A stretch of DNA of 64,000 bases from Isurus oxyrinchus (lineage: Eukaryota). A program made the position numbers and the translations under genes. The notes under the pieces are model-generated. The model did no database searches, had not been told where the DNA came from, and worked only from the letters and a program-made list of their open reading frames with translations. The stretch is taken from contig JANJGN010000126.1 in assembly GCA_026770705.1 (NCBI GenBank), forward strand, positions 434,001-498,000. The letters are read 5' to 3'. Within the stretch, counting starts at the first letter, position 1. Each line of letters starts with the position of its first letter. This document shows, one piece after another, positions 48,801 to 61,819 of this stretch.

Positions 48801-51800
48801 AGCTGCCTTCTTGAACTACTACAGTCTTCGGCGTGTAGGTGCACCCAGAGTGCTGTTCTGAAGGGAATTCCAGGATTTTCGCCAGCAACAGTGAAGGAAC
48901 GGCGATATATTTCCAAGTCAGAATGGTGAGTGACTTGAAGGGGAACTTCCTTTTGGTGGTGTTCATATCTGTCTGCTCCCCTTCTCCTTCTAGATGGTAG
49001 TGGTCGGGGTTTTGAACGTGCAGCCGAAGGAGCCTTGGTGAGTTCCTGCAGCGCATCTTGTAGATGGCACCCACAGCTGCAACTATGCAACAGTGGTGGA
49101 GTGTGTAAATATTTTTGGAAGTGCTGCCAATCCAGCGAGGTGCATTGCCCTGAATGGTGTCAAGCTTCTTGAGCGTTCTGGGAGCTGCACCCATCCAAGC
49201 AAGCGAGGAGCATTCCACTACACTCCTGACTTGTGCCTTGCAGATGGTGGACAGGCTTTGGAGGTGTGGAGGTGAGTTACGCGTCGCACTATCCCTAGCC
49301 TCTAATCTGTTGTTGTAGCCATAGTATTTGTATGGCTCGTTCAGTGCTGTTTCTGGTCAATGGTAAACCCCAGGATTTGATAGTGGGGGATTCAGTGATG
49401 TTAATGCCGTTGAATGACAAAGGACGATGGTTGGGTTCTCCCTTGTTGGAGATGGTCATTGCCTGACACTTGAGCAGTGCGCAAGATACTTGCCACATGT
49501 CAGCGCAAGCCTGGTAATTGTCCAGCTCTTGCTGCATTTGAACATGGGCTGCTTCAGTACCTGAGGAGTCATTAATGGTGCTGAACATTGTGAAATCGTT
49601 AGTGAACATCCCACTACTGACTGTGTGATGGAAGGAAGGTCATTGATGAAGCAGCTGAAGATGGTTGGGCCGAGGACAGTACACTGAAGGAATGCTGCAG
49701 TGAAGTCCTAGAGCTGAGATGACCGACCCCCAACAAACACAACCATCTTCCTTTCTGCTGGGTAGTGTTCGAAGCAGCAGAGATTTCCCCCCTGATTCCC
49801 ACTGACTCCAGGTTTGCTAGGGACCCTTGATGCTACACTCTGCCAAATGTTGCCTTGATGCCAAGGGGAGCCGCTCTCATCTCCCCCTGGGAGTTCAGCT
49901 CTTTTGTCCATGTTTGAAGCAAAGCTGTAATGAGGTTAGGATGCAGCAATATAAAACGTGAATAGGATAATAAATGGCAGTGTTCCCTGTATTCGAGTAA
50001 GCAACTTTTGATAGAATTATGCATGTGATTGGCGAGAAAACATATGGATTAATGTGCAGAGTTTTGGCCTCCTTGCCTAAGGAAAAATATACTTAACTAA
50101 TCAATCAATCAAATTAGATGTGCATTTTCTTAAATTTAGAAGATGGGTGATTATCTCATCGAGTCATAGAAAATCATTTAGTGTCCTCATAGGATAGATG
50201 CTGAGAGAATGTTTCCCTAAGGTGGGGAGTCCAGAACTCGATTCCTGAGATAAGATGTTGGCCATTTGGAATTGAGATGAAGAGAATCTTCTTTACTCAG
50301 AAAGTGGAGAAACTTTGGAATGATCAACTCTCGAGGGCTGTTGGTCGGTAGATCTTTGTGCTCTAAGGCATCAAGGTAAATGGGGATAGTTTTGAAAGTA
50401 GAGGTCGAAGAATGGCCACGGGCTTTGTGAACGTTAGACTTGGACAAAGGGAAATATGGCTTGCTCTTGCTCCTAACTCTTGCATTCTTATGTAACAACC
50501 TAAATTTCCAACCACTGGCCCATTTAATTCCTGGCCCAAAACACGGACATCCGATCCATTGCTAAACACTCTCCTGCTTGCCAGCCTGAATTTTGGGTGC
50601 TGTCACTCTCTGCTGTTCCTTCGTGTTGACCAATATCCAGCTCTGATTCAATCTCTAATTTATTTTCTTCAGTTTAGCGATCCATTTACCTCCCTGTTCT
50701 TTATTTCTTTTCGAGAGTCTGTTTGTTACTGGGATACAGTCTAAGGGTTCATTGTGCCTTTTGGCGAAGGCAATAATTATCAGAAAGGCACATTTGGACA
50801 TCCTGATTTGAAAGACAATTTCTGAATTCAAATCTGTATTTACTTCTTTACACAACCTTAATGTTCCATTCAAATGTCTTCTAAGAAAATGAACCATTTT
50901 CCGTCAGTACAAATCACAGCCCATCCTATATATTGTTGTGATACAGTTTGCAGCAAATTCATGTGATATTGAGCATGACGAGTAATGGGGTGAGTGATTT
51001 TCACTCCGAATTCCATGAATAATGTAGGGAAGTGGCGGTGGGACCTGCTGCAGGATTTGGTTTCCTGCTACAACAGGATGGTGTTTAACTCAAAATACTC
51101 CCTCCTGCGTAAAGCTCAAACACTGGTGAAATAATTAGATTCTGACCTTGGATAACTCTGTTCAAATGTAACTCTATCAGTCTGTAACAGTTGCTCTGAG
51201 TTAAACAAGAACGTTCCTGCCTTTCTCTGCCTTACAGTGAATATACTGACTATTGTGACCCAGTCTCGGGGAAGGTGCGGTCTCTCAAAATGTGTTTCCC
51301 TTTACCTGGTGTCCATGGCAACCGCGGATCTACTGGTCGTTATCCTTGATCTCATATTCAGGCACATTGCTATTCGTTACTCGGCTCAGTTTCAGTTCAT
51401 GTGGAGGTTTCAAGTGTATAATATCCATGCAGTCCTGCTGTATGCAGCCACAGATTGTTCTGTCTGGTTCACAGTCTCTTTCACCTTTGATAGATTTCTG
51501 GCTATTTGTTCCCAGAAGTTGAAAACAAAATATTGCACCGAGCGTACGGCGGCTGTGGTTCTCGGAACAATGAGTCTGCTATTCTGTGTGAAGGACACTT
51601 TCTGGTACTTTATGTATGAAGGTCAATATTGGCTTTCCAACGCTCCTTGGTTTTGCACATTAGTGACGGATGCTGAATTCTCATCAATGTGGGCAGCAAT
51701 CGAATGTCTTCTTTATATTTTAAACCATTTACGCCATTTGTTTTGATTTTGATGTTGAACGCTTTAACAGTCAGATATATTTTAGTGTCGAGCAGAGCCC

Positions 51801-52138
51801 GCAGGAGACTCCGGGCTCACTGCAGTGGGGAGAGACCCAGGGACCCACAGATGGAGAAACGCAGGAAATCCATCATTTTTCTGTTTGCTATATCGGGGAA
51901 TTTTATCTTGTTGTGGGTAGTTTTTATGATACATTCTGTTTGTAATAGGCTATATTTGTTAGATGCTATTCCTGTATACCTTCTTAGGTTTGTGCAGGAA
52001 CTGGGATTTATATTTCAGCTCCTGAGTTGTTGCACCAACATGGCCATTTATGCAGTGACCCAGACTCAATTCAGAAATGAGCTGAAGAATGTGGTGAAAT
52101 ATCCCTTTTCTGTAATTGTTAAATTTATTAAACAGTGA
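45882..52138 (+). pseudogene. GPR139-like: GPR139-like class A GPCR pseudogene 2 (exon 1 about 45882-45977, exon 2 51238-52138)
   Basis: Exon 1 MFFEIPTELRILWVI*DLQRIYYPLLSAVGI with a GTGAGT donor. Exon 2 after cttacag: NILTIV..CGLSKCVSLYLVSMATADLLV..FTFDRFLAIC..PFVLILMLNALTVRYI..SCCTNMAIYAVTQTQFR. Lesions: TAG at 45927-45929, 1-nt loss before the donor (ATT CTG versus expected ATT CCT G), 1-nt frameshift at about 51724. Confidence 0.88.
48720..49940 (-). mobile_element. LINE (CR1/L2 group) RT and 3' end; related 3' pieces at about 46660-47000 (-) and 63040-63400 (+)
   Basis: ALLQTWTKELNSQGEMR..IKATFGRV, MFTNDFTMF (decayed FADD), MECSSLAWMGAAPRTLKKLDTIQ; 3' tail shared with the SINE copies. 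Confidence 0.85.
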
Positions 52139-53039
52139 CAAGAATATCCATTATCAATACGAGTTGACCCTGTTTTATTCCCAATCTCTTCATCTCGGCG
52201 ATGAACACAGGGTGAGGCCAGTTTTCATCTTTCACCGCCAGGATTCAATGACTAACAGAAACGATGCATTTGGGAAGTAATTTACATCAGTCCTGTTTGA
52301 CCTGCTGGTTTTCAGGCTATTCCAACTCTCCTGCTGTCCTTGGGCATGGTGTGTGAAATTCCCACCCACCAGGCTCGAGTTTCATGTCATTAGGCACAGG
52401 GGTTTTGGAGGATTAGGTCACTCGGGCAGATTACAGTCCAGGGGCGGACATGCTGCAGTGCCTCCAGTATCACAGGGAAACCTTGTTCAAAACATTTCGG
52501 ACCAACCTGCAGATGGGAGGGTGGTTTCTAGAGGTTCGAAGGTCAGTGAATTTAGCTTTTCAAATTCTTTCTGTGATTTTATTCCAGTGTTTTTAGAGCT
52601 GAACAGTCACAGAACCTCGGAGCGGGAAGTCTCCTCCTTTCAAATAAAGGTTTACTTCCACTGCACAAGTTATGTTCCAGTGAAATTCGTCAATTCAAAT
52701 GTCACTCTGAACCCAGCATGAAAAACGATGATCAGGAGAGAAGAGAGTGGGGGGGGGGGGGGTCAATGTGCTCGGAACTGAAAAGAAAAGAAATGCTGGG
52801 AATAATCAGCAGCCCTCGCTACCTTTGTGTAGCGAGAAACAATCTAAAGCTTCAAGGGCTTCCATCAGTGTTGTGACACTCTAAGGTGATCCAAAGGCTT
52901 CCTCCTGCTGCAGCAGTAACTGAAGCATGTCATTTCAAAGTGTGAGGTGTGGGGTGAGGGGGGCTGGCGGCCTAAGTGGGGGCTTTTTTGTTGTGGGGTT
53001 GGTGGTGCTGGGGTGGGGGGGAGGTGTTTAGAGTGAAAT

Positions 53040-54085
53040 ATCAAACTTTGTCAGCATGTGGCCAGTGGGGTACTGCAAGGATCATCACTTGAGAGCCAGC
53101 TGTTCACAACATATCAATGAGTGGATGTGTGCATCAAATGTAATATTTCCAAGTTCGAGGATGACACAAAGCTTGATGGGAACGTGTGTTGTGAGGAAGG
53201 TGAAAAGCAGTTTCAAGGCGATTTGGACAGACTTAGTGATGTGTACAGAACAGAAAAGATGAAATTCAACGTGGAAGAATGTCAGGTTAACCTTTTTGTT
53301 AAGATCAACAGATGTGCAGATTATTTCATAAAACGTGAGATCCGAGAAAATGTGGCTGTGCAAGGGGGCCTGGGTACCCTCATCAATAAGTCTCTGAAAC
53401 CTCATATACATATGAAGCAATTAGGAAGGCGAATGGAATGTCAGTCTTTATCACAAGAAGATTTGGATACAGCAGTAGCGAAGTCTCATTTCCTTTGTAT
53501 ACAATCTTGGTTAGGCCACCCCTGGGTACAATGTGCAGGTTTGGTCCCCTTACCTTGGAAGGGTGTAATTGTCATTGAGGGAGTGAATCGAAGGCTCACC
53601 AGACTTGCATCAGGGATGGCGTGACTGTCCTGTGAAGAAGGATTGGGGACACTGGACCTGTATTCTCTAGAGTTTCGAAAAATGAGCAAAAACATCTCAT
53701 TAACACAAACAAAACAAATTAACGGAAGAAAGTGTAAATGCAGGTCAGATGTTTCCCCTGGTTGGGGATTCTAGAACCAGGGGACACAATTTCAAAATAA
53801 GTGGAAAGCCACTACGACTGACATGAGGAGAATTGTTTTTTTACTCAGAGGTTTGCGAAACTTTGGAATTCTGCATCCCAGAGAGCTATGGAAGTTCTAT
53901 CATTGAGTATGTTTACAGCAGATAATGGCAGATTTCCAAATACCAAAGATATAAAAGGTATGGGGATAGTGCGGGAAAATGATGTTGGAGTGGAAGGTCA
54001 TCCATGATCACAATGAAAGGTGGGACAGGTTCGATGGGAAAAATGGCATTCTCCTGTTCCTCTGTTTCAATGCAATAGGTTTGGA
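53040..54085 (+). mobile_element. CR1 LINE 3' fragment
   Basis: CNISKFEDDTKLDGNVCCEE..FQGDLDRLS..MKFNVEECQV (53121-53624), followed by a CR1 3' UTR. Confidence 0.9.
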
Positions 54086-54669
54086 TTTTTTTGCATTGTT
54101 TATTTGAAGGGAGCATTGTGGACAAAGCCTGTGTTTATTGCCATCCCTCATTTCCCTGGGGAAGATGTTGGTGGGGACGTTCTTGAAGAGAAGTGCTCCA
54201 ACTGGTTTGGCTTGTCTGCAGCGGTTTGATATAACTCACGGTGTCCAGACTACTTCAGGACCAGCGACATTGCTGTGAGTATGGAATCACATGGAGCCGC
54301 CAGAATGTGGGGAATTCTTGGAGATTACCAGAGATTTCATATTTAGACCGAAATCATCCCCATTAGTGAAAGGGTTTCAACTCCTGATTTTGTGACGGAA
54401 ATTCAGCCATTTGCTGTAACGGGGTTTGAACATTTCTTCAGTCTTTTTAGCTTATCCGCATCGTGACATTACCAATACACCAGGATCTCCCTGTCGGTGT
54501 AGAGGGGGCGGGGGCATAGCAGAGAATGCCTGGGATGATGTTTACAGCACTGGACGAACAACAGAAGAAAGAATGGATCTGCCAAAACTCTAATTGTCTG
54601 CTCCCACTGGGAAGCAGTTGTTCGGTGGCTACAAGTGATTCACTCACACATGCATTCTGCTGAAACAAC

Positions 54670-55095
54670 AAGGACACCCAGGTCCCGTTGCACATTCCCC
54701 TCTCTCAATTTATAGTCATTCAGAAAATAATCCGCCTTACTGTTTTTGCTACCAAAACGGATAACCCCACATTTATCCCCGTTATATTGCATCTGCCATG
54801 CATTTGCCTACTCACTCAGCTTGTCCAAATCACACTGAAGCACCTCTGCATCTTTCTCACTGCTCACCCTCCCACCCAGCTTTGTGTCATCTGCAAATTT
54901 GGAGATATTACATTTAGCTTCCGCATCTAATTGATTAATATATATTGTGAATATCTGTAGTCCCAGCACCGATCACTGCGGTACCCCACTAGTCACTGCC
55001 TGCCATTCAGAAAAAGAGCAGTTTCTTCCTACTCTTTATTCCATGTCTGACAACCAGTTTTCTAACCATCTCAATACACCATCCCCAATCCCATG
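54670..55095 (-). mobile_element. CR1 LINE RT fragment
   Basis: Reverse complement encodes VTSGVPQ*SVLG..ISKFADDTKLGG. Confidence 0.85.
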
Positions 55096-55169
55096 TGCAA
55101 TGGCAGCGGTGAAAGAAAAATACAGCCACCAGACGAGGGAAGTCCTGAATGGAAAAAGCAAAATATTTC

Positions 55170-55942
55170 AGTTTCTGGAAATCTAAAACTAAAACAGAAA
55201 ATGCTGGAAAAACACAGCAAGTCCAACAGCACCTTTGGAGAGAAAGATGGGATTAACGTTTCGAGTCTGTCCATCTTTTATTTAGATAAGAAGACTCTGA
55301 AGTAGAATCATGCAGGCTCGAAACGTTAACCCTATATTTTTCTCCACAGATGCTTTAAGAACCTTTGAGTTTTTACAAGATTTTCTGTTGTTGATTCAGA
55401 TGTCCTGAATGCCATTGCAGTAGAGGAAGGGAGAGAGATTGGGAGAGAGAAATGGTTTAAGCATTAACTCCACTCATTCATAAATATCATTCCGAGTCTT
55501 GAAGATGTGTAGGTAAATTTTCTCTGCCGAACCCTTCCTATATTCAACAACAAGGAACCTCGTGCTTGAACTCTGGGGCATTAGATAAAAGTGACTCAGT
55601 TTCAGAAGGAAAACATTGGAAGATAGTAGGATATGAAGAGAAACTTCTGCTGTTATTCCCGTGATCGGGAGGCTCCGAAGTATCGTTTGACGAAACGATG
55701 AAGCAGTTAGAACGAAATCCCTGTGGTGATAAATGCAAAATACTGCGGATACTGGAAATCTGAAACAAAAACAAAAATTGTTGGAAAAACTCATCAGGCC
55801 TAACAGCATCTGAGGAGAGAGAAAAAGAGTTGACGTTTCGAGTCCATCTGAAGAAGGGTCATAACGACTCGAGAAGACCACTCTGTTTCTGTCTCCACAG
55901 ATTCTATCAGACCTGCTGATAATTTCAGCGTTTTCTGTGTTT
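55170..55942. repeat. Two fold-back Penelope-derived repeats (about 55170-55410 and 55730-55942) with hammerhead half-motifs on both strands
   Basis: Each has a minus-orientation arm ending in TTRACGTTTCGAGTC, then a plus-orientation arm CTGAAG..GRRTC..GRCTCGA..TCTCCACAGAT. Confidence 0.75.
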
Positions 55943-58900
55943 ACCCCTGGGGTGATGTTCAGCGAGTTCAGGGAGATGGTATTAGTAGGAATGCGCTGAT
56001 CAGGAATACAGTTCATTATCACAGCAGAAGGGCGAATTACAGCGCTATTGGATTTAACAGAAAAGGTGGAAGTGGAGAGTCGGCCTGTGTTTACCCGAAT
56101 AAGGCCCGTGTATATGCTAAACAGAAAGGGGTGGGCGAGGGTGAGGTGCGGGCTACGTCTGTTTGTTTATTTAAGAGAAAATGCAAAGCCAGTGTCTCAG
56201 TATCCGAGCGGCCCCAGGATCTGTGAACAAGCCCCATGTTTATGGTTACATGCAGCATAAAGTTAGACCCCACCTTTGAGTATTTTCACGGTTTTGACCC
56301 TCCGTATGTCGAATAGACCTAAAGCTCTGTAATAATTTGCAGGATTTGTACTTAATAATATATCAGTGCCAGACACGCCCCAGTCCCTGGAAACATCCCT
56401 TGGTTTGTGCTCCATATTCTGCCTGTGTTATATATCTAGCTTGTGGCATCCCCACTTCAAAGTGTTTATTCGGACAATGCAGAGGGATCTTTACACTTTT
56501 TCTGACCCTGATTGCACCAACGGTGGGAGCGTTTGATGGGGTATTTTAAAGGAAGTTTACTGCTCCAATTTCCTGTCCTATATCAGCCTCCAATGAAGCC
56601 GAACACTATAGTTTAGAATTGCCAGACATGTGACTGTGACCGCCCAGAGTGAAATCACCGAGGTGACCTTCCCTGTTCAATCATTCCGCCTCGGGCAATT
56701 GCCAGAAACAGGCACGGATGGGACGATGGGTGGCCCAATGGGGTCTTGGGTGCAAACAGATCCCAGACAAGACTGGTAAAACTGAGAGAAATGTGTAATA
56801 GGGAAAATGGAGCGGTGTGAATGGGCCTTGGAGAAAGGAATCCAGCAAAGTCACAATTAGTTCACTTTTCATTCCATTTTATTAGTAATATCAGAGAATA
56901 TTTCACAGGAAAGTTTATTTTAAAGTTAGCAGAAGTGAATATAATGCCTGAGGTCACGTTGGGAACAGAACACATGCACGCTGAGTTGGTAAATTGTATG
57001 TACCACTGGAACGTAGATCAGAAAGAGAAAACTCTGGCTCAAAGGAAAGGGAAGCGGGCAATAATGAATAACGAATGAAAACGTTACTTAATTACAATTG
57101 AAATCCTACCTCCAGGGAAATTAGCTGCTACAATTACATTACAACCATTATCATCTCACACATTTCATACATGAAAACGGAAATACTGTTACAGGTTCGG
57201 TTACAGATTCGGGATCACAAAGTGACGACATTTCATCTTTAGAATCACCAAGAGAACATATTTTATATTGGAATACAGAGATCTGAATAAACAGCTGAGG
57301 AAAAGCAACAGGGTCCAAACTGAACCGATCACTTGATCTGTAAAAGAGGCAGAAAATAATGAAGCAGATGTTTATGATCTGGTGCATTTATGTTATAGTT
57401 TTTATTTGTTGAAATGTTTAGGAAGTTTTCAAACTGCTTCTGTCAGATTGTAGTGTTCAATCCACTAGGATTGAATATTCTCACCTTTACCAGAGTGACG
57501 GTAGCGCTGTCGAAAATGCTCAGGAAGAACAGGACAAGATGTTCCCGTTATCGTCCTCATAGCCTTCAATCCAGATGCAGTCTGTTGAATCTACACGGAT
57601 ATTACCGCGGGGTTGACCAATGGGAACCTCAATTAATCTCAGCAAAAAAATAACAACAACAAATCATGTAATACATTAAAAATTATGCGATGTCGGAATG
57701 AAGCTGGAATTTATCCATATGAAAGTACCTGTTATTAGATAGAAACAGATAACACTCACGAGGAGAAAGATGGAAAGCCAAGGTTTCACGTCGACGCCAT
57801 TTCATCAGAACACTCAGGTCTTCAGCATCCAGTGTCTTTTGTTACATTTACGCCGTTGCTTTTTTGACTTGTGCACGTTTGCCTACCATTTTATTGCCGT
57901 TTATTTATTTAAGGAGACAATTACTAACATTTTATTTCAGTTATGCGGTAGCTGAATGGATAACAAAGCATAGCATTGCACTGCACAGATGGAGGCCAGT
58001 ACACCCATTATTCCTTTTCCTGAAAGTGCTATTCCATTTGTCCAGTTCCAATGCTCTTTCTCATAGTAATTTATTTTCCTTTCTGAATAGTGATTCATTT
58101 TTGGAAGAAATATTATCCAGTCTGCTTCTACCACGTGTTCAGCTTATGCATACACAGGTCACCATGAATAACTTATTTGAAATGTCCAGATATTCCCAGT
58201 GGTTTTTTAACCTCTACTACCAAAGTAAAACAAACAGAAAAGAAATACAGAGAGCAGGAATTGAATATAGTTATTGCTACAGGTGCCAAGTAGCAGTAAT
58301 AATCCATGGGGATAGCAACTTTAGCCACCATTTTCCACCATGGACTTGAATGAGCTGATCTCAGTGCCGGTAAGTATAGTATTAAAAAATTGCATACCAT
58401 GCTAACTTAGGAAGGGTTGAGGTTTTGTTAATGCTAAGGCTGAATGTGACCAAATACAAGAATATCAGAAACACATGAGGATAAATGGCAAAGTAATTTA
58501 ATTCTGACCAAGATTGAAGTGCTGTAATTTGGTAGGAAGATTAAGCCGAGGCAAACTATTGGTTGGAAATTATGATCTTAAATGAGATTAAGACTCGGGG
58601 TCATCCAGAATGGTAATGCTTCACAAATCAAGGAATGCCCATTGAGATAAATGCCGCAACATTTGCAGATGATTGGGAAATTTCAACTGATTAAATGTTC
58701 AAGGAGAATTTTTCACGAATGTGTCCACTGAAGAGTCCACGCATGTTGACTGAACGTCCAATCAGCACGTCCATAAAACACCCCTAACACTTTTGCAGTT
58801 CCGTTGATAGCTCAACCTGAAACGGTTACCTGTTTTTTTGTTCTCAATCCAGAGATGTTATCCAGTCAATGAAATGTGTCCAGCATTTCCTCTTGCATAT

Positions 58901-60549
58901 ATAAACAGTCTCCGAAGAGAGCACAATAAATTAATATTGTATTTTTTTTTCATGTTATTGGAGTGGGATATTGAGACAGACAAATTTTCAATGATCAATA
59001 ATTGGGACTCAGAAATACATACTTTTATAGGTAGTAGAGACGTGAGAATAGGCGAATTTCTTGCAGATATTTAAAACACCTCCATGCATTTAATGGATAA
59101 AAAAAAATGACTTTTTTTAGAATGTGTCAGAGAATCGTTGTGACTCAGGTCACATTGCGATCAATATGGTTGATGAACAGCTGTCCAAAATTCAATTCTG
59201 ATTCGTCGACCTAAATGGCCAGTTAACTTTAATCGGGCTTCCTTATGCAAATACGTAAGCACATTGCAGGGTGCCGCACACAAATCAAAGAGAAAGTCCT
59301 GACCATTAAAGAGTGGTTGGTGCTCCAGAAAAGCAGATGCCAATTTGATCCAGGAAAGTACAAAGTATTGACTTGATGTTCAGAGTGTGTAATGCTGTGC
59401 AACCGTTGCTGCAAATAAAGCCATGGAACAGATGGATGCAAAGTAATCTCAATATATAGTGGATATATGTTCATGAAAGGGAGTCTGTGCCATTCAACTT
59501 CACCAGGTAGGATCCATTTAATGGATGCGATACACTTGGCTTTTTCAGTCCTTGCACGTAGTTCATCTAGGAATCAGTTGCTAGAATTGGTGGATATATT
59601 TCACAAGGGGTTACTAGCATGTTGATGCATAATGCCTATACGGCATGGATACAGAGATGAATTGGCCTAAAGTGGATATCCTAGAGTCTCCTTATTTGAA
59701 CCTATTTTTTTAATGCAGTTGATAATGACCCGAAGCTCAAAGACACAACAACAATGGCCGAATTTGTGGAGGAAACAAAGTTGTTGAAGATGGTCGACTG
59801 CAAAACCTGATAAAGATTAGCTCCAGGAAGATGTTTGGAATAGGAGAGACAGACAGTATTTGCACTTCAACAGATAGGAATGGTAAAAAATAAATGCCAC
59901 ATGTAGACCAGAAGTATAATGAGCCTTTCTTCAGTCGCTAGGAACTGTGGGAATCGATTGTTTAGAATTCTGAACAATTCATTAAGATATTTATGCTATG
60001 ATTGGAGGAAATCTTCATGGGTTATGATAGTGACATCGTTTTTGACACATTTTGACACCAGTTGATGCCATACACTTGGATTTCGAACTTAAATCCCTCA
60101 AGATTCCACACAAAGGTTAGTTCACAAGATGATGACTCATAAGTTTGAAGCGAATACATTAGCATGGGTAGAAGATCGGTCAATGTCGAAGAAGCAAATA
60201 ATATGGTTTACCGGGCATTTTCAGGGTGGCAGGCTGGCAGGCTGTCACTAGTGGAGTGCCACAACTTTCAATGATGGCCTCTGCTACAATTTGCTTTAAT
60301 CACTTAGGAAAAGACCTGGAAAATTAGCGAGTTACTGACGATTCAAGGCTAGGTGCGGGTGAAAGCTGTGAGGAGAACACAAGGAGGCTGAAAATTCATG
60401 TCGAAAGGTTAAGGGAGTGGGCAACAGATGGAATTTCTATCGGAGTACAAAGTGCAGAAATGTGAAGTCGTGCAATTTAGCGGTAAGAAAGTGAAATACA
60501 ATGTTTCTTAATGGCGTAAATCATGCAAATGTTGATGCTGGCTGAACCT

Positions 60550-61090
60550 CGAAACGGGCAAAGTACAGAACATATCCAAGCAGACCATGCTGGTAAAGCT
60601 CAAATTACAGTGTTCAACATTGGATGCGATTCGGAACTCGAGAACATTTGCTAAATAAAATTAATTGCACTAGGAATAACGTTGACAACCAACTCAGATT
60701 ATCAGTTGGGCTTGCAGAGTGGTGCATTTGCATGTAATGGACGCTGCATATTTTAATACACAGGACCCTGTTCTTTGTAAGCAAAAGTGACATGCACACA
60801 CATTGTACCTGGTTCAGCTAAACACAATAAGTGACAGCCATTCGCTGACTCATTCCTCAAGGCAATGCATTGACTAATCAAGGCCAAGCTGCCTAGTTAA
60901 AATTTCAAACAAAGCTTAGCAGTTAACTTTCAGTCGCCATAATTTGTGCATTCTCCATGATAATTCCTCTGCTGGAGTCCACTTGCCAAGCAATCAGCAC
61001 TCTCTTCACATGCAGTATGAATTGTTGTTTTCCCTTTACATCGGTATTCTTAAAAAGTGACCTGATGAGTCAAAAAATGTTTCAAACTGG
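60550..61090 (+). mobile_element. Penelope-like element (second family) C-terminus and 3' repeat
   Basis: Decayed CDS..EHLLNKINC..AAYFNTQDPVLCKQK, and CCTGATGAGT at about 61061. Confidence 0.65.
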
Positions 61091-61819
61091 AGGAAGATTT
61101 CGCCAGGAGTTGGTGTCAGCACCCTTTCTCTGGATATATATAATGGCTTTGACTTGAGTGTACGTGACATAATTTCAAAGCTTACAGATGTGACAAAACT
61201 TGGAAATATTGCAAAGTAATGTGATGGGGGTGCTGAACTTCCAAAAGCCATGGACAGATTTATAACATGGGCATACAAGTTGGCAGCTTAACTTTAACGT
61301 AGCTATCTGTCAAGTGAATCACCTTCGAATGTAGAATAAGGAAAAGAAAACTGGAATAAAGGATATGATTGTAATGGGATTGCAGGAGCAAAATACATGT
61401 TCCATATGTTTATAAATCGGCATACAGGAAGCTTGATTATATAAGTAGCAACCTAGGATAAAACACAAGAACGGTTTGGCTCAGCTGGAGCATTTGAGTC
61501 CAGTTCTGGGAAGATCATTTTGCAAGGATTTTATAGCTTTTGAAATGATGACAGGGATGAGGAACATCTGTTACAAGTTGTCGCTTGGTAGTACAGAATT
61601 ACGTGTATTGCTGAAAATGAGGGATATGTTATGGAAGCTTATTGTCTTGCACTCATCATGAATCCCGAATTGCAAATGATCACAGGAACTCGAAGCTGAT
61701 TGGCTGAGCGCAGCCATGGAGAATGCAATGGAGAGCCGTTAGCTCCCCATGATCTTAGGCAACTCAAAAAAGAGCTACCGTCTAGAACCTCAGCACTATC
61801 CAGGACAAAGCAATGCGCT

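Noticed and set aside
52748-53025. Poly-G run and G-rich tract (G-quadruplex potential); similar C-rich tracts near 39990-40060
   Set aside because: Common low-complexity sequence with no link to a feature.
55474-56022. 182-aa minus-strand ORF
   Set aside because: It reads through a fold-back repeat and has no recognisable domain.
58270-58320. DYYC motif on the minus strand as a third V segment
   Set aside because: No upstream Cys/Trp framework and no RSS downstream.
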